NCBI GenBank assembly: GCA_963745035.1
Contig: CAVUVW010000013.1
Location: 1,056,001 to 1,120,000 of the forward strand
Direction of reading: 5' to 3'
From: an uncultured delta proteobacterium
GTDB lineage: Bacteria; Desulfobacterota; Binatia; UBA9968
DNA length: 64,000 bases
Shown here: positions 26,466-37,676 of the stretch, piece after piece
Numbering within the stretch: the stretch's first letter is position 1
How the letters are laid out: each line of letters opens with the position of its first letter
Made by a program: the position numbers and the translations under genes
Notes under the pieces: model-generated
The model's input: only the letters and a program-made list of their open reading frames with translations
What the model was told of the DNA's origin: nothing
Database searches by the model: none

Positions 26466-27633
26466 ATGGACTTCAATCTTCCCGAAGAAATTCAAATCTT
26501 GCGCGACACCGTGCGCCGCTTCGTCGATAAAGAGCTGATCCCGCTCGAGCGCGAATATCGGCATGACAGCGAAGGGCCGATGCCCGAGCACCTACTCAAG
26601 CCGCTCCAGGAAAAAACCAAGAGCATGGGCCTCTGGATGCTCGACGTGCCGGCGGAATACGGCGGCGCCGGGACTCGGACTCCTGCCGCGCTGCATCATT
26701 CACGAGGAGATCGCCCGCGCGGCGTCCCTGCCCTTTCGCAGCCTCGAGCTCTTCGGCCCCGAAGTCCGGCCCGTGCTGTTTCACTGCAATGACGAGCAGA
26801 AGGAACGTTTTCTTGAAGCCGGTGCTGCGCGGCGAGCTAAAATTTTGCTTCGCCCAGACCGAACCCGACGCAGGCAGCGATCCGGCGAACATGCGCACAC
26901 GCGCCGTGCGAGGACGGCGACTCGTTCGTCATCAACGGCACCAAACGCTTCATTACCGCCGCGGGCCGCGCCGACTACGCTCAGCTCATGGCGGTGACGG
27001 ACCCGGAGAAAACGCGCTCGCGGCGGCATCACTTGCTTCGCCGTCGATCTGAAGAGCCCCGGCGTGCTGCTCGAACGCCAATGGCCGACGATGATGGGCG
27101 AAGCGCCGTGGCAGCTCGTGTTCGACAACGTGCGCGTGCCGGAGGCGAATGTCATCGGCCAAGTCGGCGGCGGCTTTTCCATCGCGCAGAAATGGATCGG
27201 CGAGGGAAGAATACGCGGTCACGGCGCGCGGCCGGTGGGCATCGCGCGGCGCGCGCTCGACATGATGATCGAGTATTCGAAAGTACGCACCACCTTCGGC
27301 CGCCCGCTCGCCGATCGCCAAGCGATTCAGTTCATGATCGCCGACTCGGCGATGGAGATTCACGCCGTGCGCAACATGGTCTACGAATGCGCCTGGCGCG
27401 TCGATCGCGGCGAAGACGTGCGCGATCTATCCTACATGGTCAAAGTGATGGCGACGGAAATGGCGAGCCGCGTCGTCGATCGCTCGATTCAGGTCCACGG
27501 CGGATTGGGATTGATGAAAGAACTGCCCCTCGAATGGTGGTACCGGCAAATCCGCAGCACGCGCATCACCGAAGGCGCCAACGAAGTCCTGCGCTGGCGC
27601 CTCGGCCAAAACATCATCCGCGCGCACAAGTAA
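26466..27633 (+). CDS. Acyl-CoA dehydrogenase (several frameshifts)
   Basis: MDFNLPEE, VPAEYGGAG, FAQTEPDAGSD, INGTKRFIT, RTTFGRPLADRQAIQ, IQVHGGLG, ITEGANEV. Confidence 0.9.
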
Positions 27634-27702
27634 AGGTCTTGACTGACTGAACAAGACTCACAGGATCCACTCGACGTCCGCAATTTCCGCAGAGATGTAC
27701 CA

Positions 27703-27802
27703 GAGTGTCATTCTGAGCCGGAGGCGAAGAATCTGCTTTTTCTTGGTTTGACAGTCGCAGAAAAGCAGATCCTTCGTCACGCGGTTCCTCAGGATGACAC
27801 TC
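27703..27802. repeat. GTCAT-type REP doublet between convergent genes
   Basis: GAGTGTCATTCTGAG...GAAGAATCTGCTTTT / AAAAGCAGATCCTTCG...CTCAGGATGACACTC. Confidence 0.75.
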
Positions 27803-27838
27803 AAGATTAGCGAAATCTTGCGCGACACCGGCACAAAC

Positions 27839-28904
27839 TCAGTTCTCCAATATTCTTTTCACCCGCTCGATGACATCCGGCGGTTGGCTGGTGACTTCCT
27901 TCGCCAGGCTCTGCATTTCTTCCCAGGACACCGGTTCGAGATCGTAGCGGCGCTTTTTCACCTCGGCGATGAACTCCGGGTCCTTCAACATCTTGCCGTA
28001 GCCATCACGAATCGTGCGCGCCAGATCGGCCGACATGCCCGGCGGCGCCATCATCGGCCGGCCGAAACCGCCCGAGGAAAGCACGACCGTCGCCATGCGC
28101 CGCAGCGGATCCGCCGTCTTTTGCTTGTCCATCAACTCGTACAAGCGTCGGCACGTCGCCCAGTCGCGCATCGCGCTTTCTGCCGGTCTGGATAAGGCTC
28201 TTCACAAAACCGTTCTTGAACCAGGTTCGCGTCGGCTCGCGTCCGACGAAACTGCCGATATCGTAGGCGCGGCAATGCAGCTCGCCACGCTCGACGGCGA
28301 TATCGATCTCACCGCCGCTTTGATAGCCGGTTACCGTTTTGAATTTGAGACCGAGAGTCTCTTCGAGGATTTTGGGCACGAAATAACCCGTCGCTCCAGT
28401 ACCCGCGCCGCCGCAGCGCGGCGCTTCGCTTGCGCGCCGGATATCTTCGAGCGTCTTGTACGGACTGTCCGCGCGCATATAAAGCTGCGCTTCGAGGCGT
28501 TCGGGCGAGCCGATCCAGGTAAACTTCGCCCAGTCGAACTTCGCCGTGTCGCGGCCGAGCACCTGATCGAAAAAGGCTCCGCCTTGCAACGCGCCCAACG
28601 TCAGCCCGTCCGGCTTGGCCATCGTGTAAAGAAAATTCGCTGCGACAACCGAACTGGCGCCCGGCATGTTCTGCGGCACAATGGTCGGCTCGCCGGGTAA
28701 ATGTTTGCCGAGAAACTGCGCAACCAAGCGCGCATATAGGTCGACTCCGCCGCCGGTGCTCGTGCCGATGATGAGTCGAATCGTTTTGCCTTTGAAGTCC
28801 GGATCGCCTTGCGCCACAGTACTCTCTGGCCAAGCGGCGGCGCCCATAACGAGTGCCGCGACGAAATGCAGCAATGTCGTTTTCATCCGGAAAACCCGTT
28901 TCAT
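27839..28904 (-). CDS. Tripartite tricarboxylate transporter (Bug/TctC-like) substrate-binding protein (frameshift near 28145)
   Basis: FKGKTIRLIIG..GGGVDLYAR, QNMPGA, KPDGLT, GRPMMAPPG. Confidence 0.87.
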
Positions 28905-28925
28905 AACACTAACCTCCGATGCTTT

Positions 28926-31033
28926 TCAGAAGTGAATCTTTGCATCCAGCACATGGATATCGGGCAAACCCGTGCTCATGCCGATCGGATTGATATCCAC
29001 CGCGCTTATCCTCCCGTCAAGCTCCACCGCCAGACTCCGAAAGCTGAAGCAGCGCATCGGTCAGTGCAGCGACATGCCGTGAATTCTCCGACGCCGTCCT
29101 TTTGCAAAATCGGATAGGCTCGGAGCGACGAAAGCATGTCTTCGGCATCGACTCGGGTGAGCGGCGCCAGCCGCAGCGTATAATCCTTCAGCACCTCGGT
29201 GAAGATACCGCCCAAACCGCAGAGAATTACCGGCCCGAACGTCGGATCGTATTTCACGCCGAGAATCACCTCGAAATCATGCGGCAGAAATTTCTCGACG
29301 CTGATGTTGAAGTTGCCGTTTGACATTGAGCCGGGCGCGGCCTTCGAGGGCGCGATATGCCTGATCCAACTCGCGCATCCGTCGAAATCTTTCCGCTCAC
29401 GAAACCTGCGTCGCTCCGGTGCGCCACATTCGGCACCATAGCTTTGAGAATCACCGGATAGCCGAGCTTTTACCGCCGCCGCCTTGGCGCTCATCAGCTG
29501 AGGCCGTTGAAAGGCTGGCCGCGCATTTGAATCCATAGGCGGCCGAGCAACTCCGTGGTCGCTGATCGGCGATAGCATCGACGCGCCGACATGAGCGCGA
29601 AGAATCGCTTCTGCGGCAGGCCGAGCCGCTCGTTTTGATGCACGAATCTTCGCCGCAGAGGCGCGACGGCGCAGAAACTTGCCGTAGTCGATATAGGCGC
29701 GCAGCATCTGGAAGCATGCGTCGGTCGCGGCGTCGAAAACCGGCACGTGGTGCGTCTGAAAGATTTCGCGCACGTCCGGTTCGGAGAGCATGATGATCGC
29801 GGCTGCCGTCTTGCCGAACTTCTCCGATGCCGCGGCGAAGTTGCGCGCGTACTCGTGGCGCACCGCGAGCGGACCGAGATACATCAGTAAACAATCGTTG
29901 GCGGTGTCCGCCGCAAACGCCTCGCACACGCTCGAGAGAAAACCGGGGCTACGCGACGCGCCGGCCGTATCGAACGGATTGGTGAGGATCGCCGTGCGAC
30001 GCTGCGGAATGCGTGCCTTGGCCTCTTCGGAAATATCCGACAGCTCGATGCCGTATTCGCTCGCCTTGTCGGCCATCAAGCTCGCCCCCGCGCCGCTCGA
30101 GGTCATGACCAGGATGCGCCCGCCGCGCGGCACCGGCTGGTGCGCCGCCATCTGCGCCGCTCCGAGAAAAGTTTCCACCGTGCCGGTGGAGATGACGCCG
30201 AACTGGCGAAAAGCCGCTTCATAAACTTCGCCGGCGCCGGCCATGCGCGCGGTGTGCGCCATGGTCGTGATCGCGCCGCGCTCCGATTTCCCGACTTTGA
30301 GCACGACGATGGTCTTGCCGATCTCGTGCGCGCGCTCCGCCAATTCGAGAAAGCGCGGGCCGTTTTTCAATCCTTCCATCAGCACGGCGACGACTTTGGT
30401 CGAGTCGTCTTCGAGAAAGAATTCCGTGAAGTCGCAGAGATCCAGATCCATCTCGTTACCGTTGCTGACGAGATAGCTGAGCCCTTGGTCGGCTTGGACG
30501 GCGCGATGGCCGAGAACACCGAGCAACGCGCCGCTGTGCGATGCGATGGCGACCGGCCCGGGCTTGAGCGGCAGCGCGAAGGCGTGATCGTAGCCGCAGG
30601 GAATATTTTTCAGCACGTTGAATGTGCCGTGGCAATTCGGCCCGACGACCCGAATGTTGTAGGCTTTCGCGACTTCGGCTAGGCGCTCTTGGCGCTCCCG
30701 ACCTTCGGGACCGGATTCGCTGAAACCCGCCGAGCCGATGATCGCAGTCTTGACGCCCTTCTTGCCGCACTCCTCCAAAACTTCAGGCGAAAGTCGCGCA
30801 TCGACCATCAAGACCGCTACGTCAGGCGCCTCAGGTAGGTCGCTAACCGTGGGATAGCAAGTGAGGCCGCTGATCTCAGCGGCGCGCGGGTTGACCGGAT
30901 AAATTTTACCGGTGAATTTCGATTTCGCGATATTGCGCAGCGGCAAGCCTGAAGCCTTTGTCGGATCGGACGAGGCGCCGATGATCGCAACTGAGCTGGG
31001 TTCAAAAAGCAAACGGACGCGTGGGTCGGACAC
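28926..31033 (-). CDS. ADP-forming acetate/acyl-CoA ligase family protein (frameshifts in C-terminal ATP-grasp part)
   Basis: PSSVAIIGAS, VVGPNC, SNGNEMD, AHT phospho-His, ILGVKYDPTFGP..GLGGIFTE; ends ...DAKIHF*. Confidence 0.85.
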
Positions 31034-31120
31034 GAAGAGCTCCTTCTGTGGATTACATATGAGCCATAAGGCAACGCTTTAGCGATCAGGCCGTCAGCAA
31101 TTATATCGCTGACTTTCCTC

Positions 31121-31205
31121 CGTCGATTCCGGCGCATGCCGGAATCCAGTTCTTGCTCCTTCTTGTTAATTAAAAACCTGGATACCGGCCTTCGCCGGTA
31201 TGACG
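31121..31205. repeat. GTCAT-type REP doublet
   Basis: CGTCGATTCCGGCGCATGCCGGAATCCAG ... CTGGATACCGGCCTTCGCCGGTATGACG. Confidence 0.75.
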
Positions 31206-31239
31206 AATTCTCGCATTCTGGACGGTTGTCAAGAAACAA

Positions 31240-32397
31240 CTAAATGGGCAGCCAGCGGCCGCGAGCAGGATCGGAAGCGGCATCGTCACCGTTCATCGAA
31301 TCCGGACGCTGCGGGCTTTTGATCGTTTCTTTCCACGGCGACGGCGCTCCTTCATAAGCGGCAGGTCCTTTGATGAAGTGGCGCGCGTGCTCCAGCGTCT
31401 CGACGAACGGCATATTCATCGGGTAGAGCTTCTTGCCTTTCGGCCTCGGGCCGCCCTTTGAGACATGGCCCCAAAGCGGATGGCCGACGATTTCTTCTGC
31501 GAGCCAGACCGCCTCGATCAGTTTTTCCAGGTCGACGCCGGTATCGATGCCCATGCCTTCCATCATGTGAATCAGATCCTCGGTCGGCGCGAGACCCGCG
31601 GATTGGCCGTTGCCGCAGAACGGACAACCGCCCATGCCGCCGATGGCCGGTTGCAAACGCAGAGTATCGCCGGCGTCGAGGCTCTTCATCGCGACGTAGG
31701 ATGACGTGAGCGCCATGCCGCGCGTGTTGTGCAAATGCAAGTTGAAACTCTTGATCGCAGGCCAGCGTTGCTTGATTGCGGTCAGTTGCCTCTCGACCTG
31801 ATCCGGCATGTTCCACCCCATGGGATCGGAGATGCCGACTTTCGTCACGGGAATTCCCGCCTCATCCCACAGTTGATGTTGGCGCTCGAGCATCTTCATG
31901 CGGTCGTCTTGCGAAACTTCGCCGGTCCAGTTGGATCCCCAGGAAGCGCTGATGCTGATGCCGGCTTCCTTGGCGCCTTTGCTTTTCGCCTCTTCGATCG
32001 CTTTGGGCCAACGCGCCACCTGTTGTGCGACAGTGCGGTTGATGTTGCGCTGGGCGAATACGTCGCAGAGGTAAACCGCCGTCTGCGCCTGATACTTTAG
32101 ATCGTTCAGCGGCGGAATGTATTGCCGGAGCCTCTCGCGTCCCATGTCGTTGAGCGCGGTGGCGGTATAGCTAACGCCCGGCTTGGGATGAAAGCCGCGC
32201 ACCAACTCGTCGATGTCCGCCATCTGCGGCACCCAGCGCGGGCTCACGAACGAGCCGACGGCGATTTCTTTGAGACCCGTTTCGGACAATGCGTCGAGCA
32301 AACGGATCTTGTCGGCGACTGGAATTCCCGCGCGTTCGATCTGCAGCCCGTCGCGCATTCCTTCTTCGGTGAGGATGACTCTTGGATAATTACTCAT
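31240..32397 (-). CDS. HMG-CoA lyase-like (DRE-TIM metallolyase) protein
   Basis: EEGMRDGLQ, GSFVSPRWVPQMAD, HLHNTRG, GGMGGCPF, TEDLIHM; RBS GGAGGA. Confidence 0.88.
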   Translation of the reverse strand: MSNYPRVILTEEGMRDGLQIERAGIPVADKIRLLDALSETGLKEIAVGSFVSPRWVPQMADIDELVRGFHPKPGVSYTATALNDMGRERLRQYIPPLNDLKYQAQTAVYLCDVFAQRNINRTVAQQVARWPKAIEEAKSKGAKEAGISISASWGSNWTGEVSQDDRMKMLERQHQLWDEAGIPVTKVGISDPMGWNMPDQVERQLTAIKQRWPAIKSFNLHLHNTRGMALTSSYVAMKSLDAGDTLRLQPAIGGMGGCPFCGNGQSAGLAPTEDLIHMMEGMGIDTGVDLEKLIEAVWLAEEIVGHPLWGHVSKGGPRPKGKKLYPMNMPFVETLEHARHFIKGPAAYEGAPSPWKETIKSPQRPDSMNGDDAASDPARGRWLPI

Positions 32398-32438
32398 CGA
32401 TTCCTCCTGCATGAATTCCAAGCGTTGCGGTCGTCGAG

Positions 32439-32560
32439 GTTGTCATTTCGAGGCGCAGCCGAGAAATCTTTCCGGGTCGTACGACAAGAGCGCTGAGATA
32501 TAAGAAAGACTCTCTCACGGAGTTTATCCTGAACATAGCCGAAGGGTTCGAGATGACAAC
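32439..32560. repeat. GTCAT-type REP doublet
   Basis: GTTGTCATTTCGA...GAGAAATCTTT / AAAGACTCTCTC...TCGAGATGACAAC. Confidence 0.7.
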
Positions 32561-32610
32561 TCGAATACTCAGGCTTAGGAAAAACCGCAAGCAGTCTTTC
32601 GAAGACTCGT

Positions 32611-33399
32611 TCAATCGCCCTTAAAAGCCGCATCGCGCTTCTCGGCGAAAGCTTTGGCGCCCTCGCGCGCATCCTGGCTTTCATAAGGACTTGGGCCCGG
32701 CGCCATCTTAAGCGCCAAGAAGAGCGGCGCGCCGATGGACTTCACCGACAGCTCTTTGATCCGACGCAGCGACACGGGCGCGTTCTCGGCGATTTTCTCC
32801 GCCAACGCAATCGCCGTCGGCAAAAGCTCCGGCAGCGGCACAACACGATTCACTAGTCCGAAGCGGAGAGCATCCTGCGCCGAAATCTGATCGCCGGTGA
32901 AAAGCATTTCCATGGCGATGCCCCGCGGAATCAAGTATTGCAGCATCACCGTCGCGAAGTTGGCGCCACGCCCGCGCTTCGCTTCCGGCAAACCGAACCG
33001 GGCATTTTCCGAGGCGATGCGAATGTCACACGCCAGGGTCAGCTCACAGCCGCCGGCGAGCGCATAGCCGTTCACCGCCGCGATCAGAGGCTTGTAAGTT
33101 TCGATCGCGATGATGCTCGAATGCGGCGGCTCGTCGAGCGCGCCGTAGTCCGGGCCGACGCGGTATGGTTTTTTCTGAAAAATCTCGTTGTGCTCCTTCA
33201 GATCCGCGCCCGCCGAAAAAGCTTTGTCCCCCGCGCCGGTGATGATTGCGACGCGAATCGATGGCTCATGGCGGATTTTGAGGAAGGCGTCGATCAAACC
33301 GTTACGCACTTCGTGACCAAGCGCATTCATGCGGTCCGGTCGGTTAATGGTCACGATCGCAACACGATTTCGCTGCTCGAACAGGACGTAATCGGACAT
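32611..33399 (-). CDS. Enoyl-CoA hydratase/isomerase
   Basis: INRPDRMNAL, AFSAGADL, KPLIAAVNGYALAGGCE, FGLPE, REGAKAFAEKR. Confidence 0.93.
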   Translation of the reverse strand: MSDYVLFEQRNRVAIVTINRPDRMNALGHEVRNGLIDAFLKIRHEPSIRVAIITGAGDKAFSAGADLKEHNEIFQKKPYRVGPDYGALDEPPHSSIIAIETYKPLIAAVNGYALAGGCELTLACDIRIASENARFGLPEAKRGRGANFATVMLQYLIPRGIAMEMLFTGDQISAQDALRFGLVNRVVPLPELLPTAIALAEKIAENAPVSLRRIKELSVKSIGAPLFLALKMAPGPSPYESQDAREGAKAFAEKRDAAFKGD

Positions 33400-33671
33400 A
33401 TTTTTCCCTTTGTAAAGATCCTGCGTTGAGCGAGAAGTATCATCGCCTGTGAGCAACTTCAAACCGCACGACGCTCACGCGGCCGTCAGCGAACTTCTCA
33501 TCAAGCCCGGTTTTTGATGCGAATAAATCCGGGCAACGCGATCGAGCGGTATCGTAAAAAATGGATCGGCGTAGAGGAAAGATCCCGCTGCGGCAGTTGG
33601 AGCAATCGAAACTCGGCAGGCTTCTATCTGTCTGAGGAGTGGGTATCTCAGGCCTGACTCGTCGGAGCGGT

Positions 33672-33752
33672 CTAAATCCTCCCGGCACGCTAGTCGATGG
33701 CCCATCTTCGAATCGCGGTACGCTCCCACGAACAGACCACGGGAGGTGAAGC
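33672..33752 (-). pseudogene. Decayed duplicate of the 3' end of the 34255-34641 gene
   Basis: Reads G-FTSRGLFVGAYRDSKM/AID*RAGRI* against G-LASRGIAVRAYRDSKIAIDWLAGKI*. Confidence 0.65.
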
Positions 33753-34254
33753 CATGCAGGCTGGCGTTTTTATTCATTCATGAAGCCTGCCCGTCAAGCC
33801 AATAGCGCTGTGGTCTAGCGCCTTTCCCTGCGCCGAGACTTACCTTCGCAGCGACGGCAGAGAGAGCCGGTGATTGGGAGATGTTCTGAGGATTCATATT
33901 CGTCGGTCGGCCAAAATCTGCGACTCTTGTAGCAAAGCCTAGACTCGACGGGTTTTCTTTTTTGCGCTATTCGATTTCCATTTCAACCCTGTAACCCGAG
34001 ACGATATACCCGCGTCATGGATTTTTGCTATACAAGCATATTCCACAGGACGAAACTGACAAAAACGACGCTGACGAAAATTGCAATTAAGCCGATCCAT
34101 TCTCGACGGTCCATCTCGTTACTCTCTCCCTGCGTATCTTTGCTCGATTAAAAACACCCTGGGCACGATCCAAAACGACCCAGCTACGCTCTGATACTTA
34201 CTAAGTTCGGCAAGCCCCCCTTCGCGCGATTTGTAGTTGGAGCGATCGGACGGG

Positions 34255-34641
34255 TCAAATTTTCCCGGCAAGCCAGTCGATGGCTATCTTCGAATCGCGA
34301 TACGCTCTGACAGCAATACCGCGAGAGGCGAGGCCGGCACGCAGGAGATAGATTTGATAAGGATCGTTGCGCTCGGCTCCCGAGACCAGCGCAAGTTTGT
34401 TACCTTCGGGCCAGGAGTCAAAGGGAAGCTGTTCCAGCAAACCTTCGACCTCGGATAGTTCCAGGACGCACGTGGCGTCAGAAAGATCCACCAGCACCTT
34501 GCATTCATTAAGCGGTCGCGTGGTTGCGGTAATCTCGTTGAAGAGCCGTTTGAATTCCGCACTATTCAAGACCCCGCGGACGATGACGATCAAATGATTG
34601 CCGGCATCTGACCAGGTGAACAGCTTGACGTGGGAATCCAT
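34255..34641 (-). CDS. Hypothetical protein, STAS/SpoIIAA-like
   Basis: LIVIVRGVL...KVLVDLSD...KLALV...AYRDSKIAIDWL pattern; divergent from the AraC gene. Confidence 0.65.
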   Translation of the reverse strand: MDSHVKLFTWSDAGNHLIVIVRGVLNSAEFKRLFNEITATTRPLNECKVLVDLSDATCVLELSEVEGLLEQLPFDSWPEGNKLALVSGAERNDPYQIYLLRAGLASRGIAVRAYRDSKIAIDWLAGKI

Positions 34642-34677
34642 GGAGAGTAGTGAATAAGGCTTTCCACGGATATTTTC

Positions 34678-34704
34678 TTGACAATCCGCGCCATCCCATT
34701 GACA
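34678..34704. promoter_or_regulatory. Tandem TTGACA direct repeats 21 bp apart, candidate AraC operator
   Basis: TTGACA at 34678 and 34699 in the divergent promoter region. Confidence 0.4.
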
Positions 34705-34747
34705 TCTGAACCGGATTCGACGCATTAATTCGCTGAGGATAGGACTC

Positions 34748-35770
34748 ATGCGCGCGCCGCCGATGATTGCAGTGTCAGCGACGAACGGCTTACTGGACGC
34801 GATCGCGTCCGCCGGTGCGGAACCAGCCCGACTTCTCACGCGCCTTAATTTGAACGGCAGAGTGTTCTCTCAGGAGGAGCGCTATCTTCCGTGCACGGAT
34901 TTTGCCCGTTTATTGGAAGAAGCTGCGGTGGAAACCGGTGACGCCGCCTTCGGACTACATTTCGGCGCACGCAGAGATCCGCGCGATATCGGTCCGCTCA
35001 TCTATGCGGCTTTGAATGCTCCGACGATTGCGACCGCGTTCGACGTTGCCGTACGGTATCTGCACGTGCACAATGAAGCCGTAGAGGTTTCAATCAGCAG
35101 CACCTCACCATCTCTCGTATCTCTGTGTTATTTGCACGCGAATATCAGATTGAACCGTCCGCGCCAGTTCAATGAGTACAGCATGTCCGTAGCCATCAAT
35201 ATGCTCCGCATGATGGCAGGAAGCCGCTGGTCGCCGCGGGAGGTGCAGTTCTCGCACGCGCGGCCCGACGATGTATCCGAGCATCTCGCGATGTTTAGGG
35301 CACCGCTTCTGTTTGACTGCCCGACCAATGCGATCGTTGTGGAGCGTGAGTTCTACGAATCCAGCGTTCCGGCTGCAGATCCGCGGCTCTACCAAATCAT
35401 GCGCCAGTACATAGACGATGTGCTCAGCAAAATGCCCCGGCTAGACGATCGACTGTCCGCCATCCGCAAAGCGATCGCCGAAGCCATGCGCGAGAGGAGT
35501 CCGAGCCTGCAGGCGGTGGCGCGAACACTGGCGACGAGTCCCCGCACGTTGCAACGGGAGCTGAAACCGTATCATCTCAGCTTCAAAAATCTTTTAGACG
35601 ATACTCGACGGCAGTTCGCACTCGAGTACCTGAAAGACCCGAGTAACACGCTCACCCAGGTCGCTTTCCTCCTGGGCTATTCTGAAGTGAGCGCGTTCAA
35701 TCGAGCTTTCCGAAAGTGGACTGGCAACACTCCGCTACAGTACCGGCGTAGCTTCGATGAACGCGCTTAA
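34748..35770 (+). CDS. AraC family transcriptional regulator
   Basis: TGDAAFGLHFG N-terminal domain; SPRTLQREL...VAFLLGYSEVSAFNRAFRKWTGNTP HTH. Confidence 0.93.
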   Translation: MRAPPMIAVSATNGLLDAIASAGAEPARLLTRLNLNGRVFSQEERYLPCTDFARLLEEAAVETGDAAFGLHFGARRDPRDIGPLIYAALNAPTIATAFDVAVRYLHVHNEAVEVSISSTSPSLVSLCYLHANIRLNRPRQFNEYSMSVAINMLRMMAGSRWSPREVQFSHARPDDVSEHLAMFRAPLLFDCPTNAIVVEREFYESSVPAADPRLYQIMRQYIDDVLSKMPRLDDRLSAIRKAIAEAMRERSPSLQAVARTLATSPRTLQRELKPYHLSFKNLLDDTRRQFALEYLKDPSNTLTQVAFLLGYSEVSAFNRAFRKWTGNTPLQYRRSFDERA

Positions 35771-36019
35771 AGCTCCACTCGCTGGCACCACTTGGGTGAC
35801 AGGGAAATCGATCCTTGTTGTCCGCGCGCTGCAGTGAGGCCGCGTTCAGCGGCGTTTCCATGGACCGCTCGGCACAGCAAAATCTCCTGTTCCTTAAACA
35901 AACGCAGCTAAAGTCGCCCGCATACTCGGAGATTCTGTGGATGACGATTATTCGTTACAATGCTGGGATTCAACGCGCCAAGGGATTAATGGAGGTGGCC
36001 GCCGCCTGCATCGCGTCAC

Positions 36020-37006
36020 CTACCGTTTATCGATCTCTTTCAGCGCCTCGCGCAGATAACTCTGATCAACGTATTTGCCGACTTCAGGCAGAGGCCCCTT
36101 CGCGCCGGTTTGTTCCGCGTAGATCCGAATGTTCGTCTTCAATCCCTCGATGGTGACGTCGCCGTCGGGCGGCCAAAAGCGATTCTGTGTGTAAAACTCC
36201 CAGCCCTTCTGCGCGTGGGCCGGCTTGAGCTTCATCTCCTTCGATAAAAAATCGACGGCAGCGTCTCTGTTTTCGAACATCCAGCGAAACGTCAGGGCCA
36301 TCGCTTTCATGAAGCGCACCATCAGCGGCCGATTCTTTTCCGCCCACGAGCGTCGCGTCACGAAGGCGTTGGTTTGAAAATGCGGGATGCCTTCACTCAG
36401 CCGGCCGATGACGTTGAGCCCGGACTCTTCGGCTGCATAGTTGAGCGGCACGGCCACCGTGGTGGCGGCGATCTGGCCGGATTGCAGCGCCGCGAGATTC
36501 GCCGAAGAACCGCCGGCGATGATCAGAAGCTTGTAGTCGCGCGGGTATTCCAGGCCCTTGAGCTTGAGCGCCTCGCGCAGCGCCGTGATTGTGCCGCCGG
36601 TCAGCGACGCGGTGCCGAACGTCGCACCGCGCAGATCCTCGTAGGTTTTGTAATTTTTTGCGGCGATGAGAAATTGCGCGATACCGTTGATGATGCCGCC
36701 GGTGACGACGAAGTCGAGGCCGCGTTCCGAAGCTTCGATATACGGCTCCGGCCCGCCTGAGCCGAAGTGAAGCGAGTTCGCCGCCAGCGCCTGCACGGTC
36801 ATCGGCACGCCGCGCAGGAGCACGAGCTGAACATCGAGCCCCTGCTGGTCAAAAAAGCCTTTCTTCGTAGCAACCCAAAGCGGGCTGTAGCCTAGAGTCT
36901 TACTCGACGCGCCAAGGTAAATCTTGGCTCTATCCTGCGCCACCGCCGGAAGCAAAAATAGGAGAACAAAAGAAAGAACAACCGCAATTTGCGAAAGGAC
37001 GATCAT
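36020..37006 (-). CDS. NMT1/SsuA-like ABC substrate-binding protein
   Basis: Signal peptide; PLWVATKKGFFDQQGLD; RBS GGAGGG; paralog of 45849-46832. Confidence 0.87.
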   Translation of the reverse strand: MIVLSQIAVVLSFVLLFLLPAVAQDRAKIYLGASSKTLGYSPLWVATKKGFFDQQGLDVQLVLLRGVPMTVQALAANSLHFGSGGPEPYIEASERGLDFVVTGGIINGIAQFLIAAKNYKTYEDLRGATFGTASLTGGTITALREALKLKGLEYPRDYKLLIIAGGSSANLAALQSGQIAATTVAVPLNYAAEESGLNVIGRLSEGIPHFQTNAFVTRRSWAEKNRPLMVRFMKAMALTFRWMFENRDAAVDFLSKEMKLKPAHAQKGWEFYTQNRFWPPDGDVTIEGLKTNIRIYAEQTGAKGPLPEVGKYVDQSYLREALKEIDKR

Positions 37007-37259
37007 GACACCCTCCTGTTTCAGCGCTCTTCGTGTCGGCGCTCTGTCAGGCATGCGGCACAGCCTTATAACGATAAAGCCATCGGGTTCAAGGATTGTC
37101 TACGCCGGCGGACGAAGAGAGCCGCGGCGGCGCGCAGGCGCTCACGGCATCGACAAAAGCAGCGAAGATTCTACGCGCATGTCAGTAAGATTTACCGCCC
37201 GAGTTTTCACGTTATTCGACAATATGCACACAATCAGCGGCTTAGCGTTCCCCGGCGGA

Positions 37260-37275
37260 TGGCATGTTGGTTGCT
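37260..37275 (+). promoter_or_regulatory. Sigma-54 promoter
   Basis: TGGCATGTTGGTTGCT with canonical GG/GC spacing, 40 bp before the ATG. Confidence 0.65.
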
Positions 37276-37314
37276 CCAGGTGAGTGCGCAAGAAATGGGA
37301 GATTCGGAGGTTCG

Positions 37315-37653
37315 ATGAAAATTGCAGGCACGATTCAAATCACCGTTCTGGCATTGACCGTCGCATCTTCAGTCGGATGCGCCGGCGGGCCGATGACGAC
37401 GCGGGAAAAAGGCGCGGGTGTCGGCGCGCTCGGCGGCGCCGCCGCAGGCGGATTGATCGGCACGGCGTTCGGCCGTCCGGGAACCGGCGCGGCGATAGGC
37501 GCGGGCGTCGGTTTGGGAGCAGGCGCGCTGGTCGGCGATTACATGCAAGGTCAGGAGTATTCGCAGCACAACCAGCAGCAGATCCAGCAGAATCAACAGA
37601 CCATCGAACAGAACCATCAAACGATTCAACGTCGCTCGTCCACCGAATACTGA
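37315..37653 (+). CDS. Glycine-zipper lipoprotein
   Basis: RBS GGAGG; lipobox SVGC; GAGVGALGGAAAGGLIG...GAAIGAGVGLGAGALVG; Gln-rich tail. Confidence 0.85.
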   Translation: MKIAGTIQITVLALTVASSVGCAGGPMTTREKGAGVGALGGAAAGGLIGTAFGRPGTGAAIGAGVGLGAGALVGDYMQGQEYSQHNQQQIQQNQQTIEQNHQTIQRRSSTEY

Positions 37654-37676
37654 GGATCGGGAATCGGAGGAAAAAA

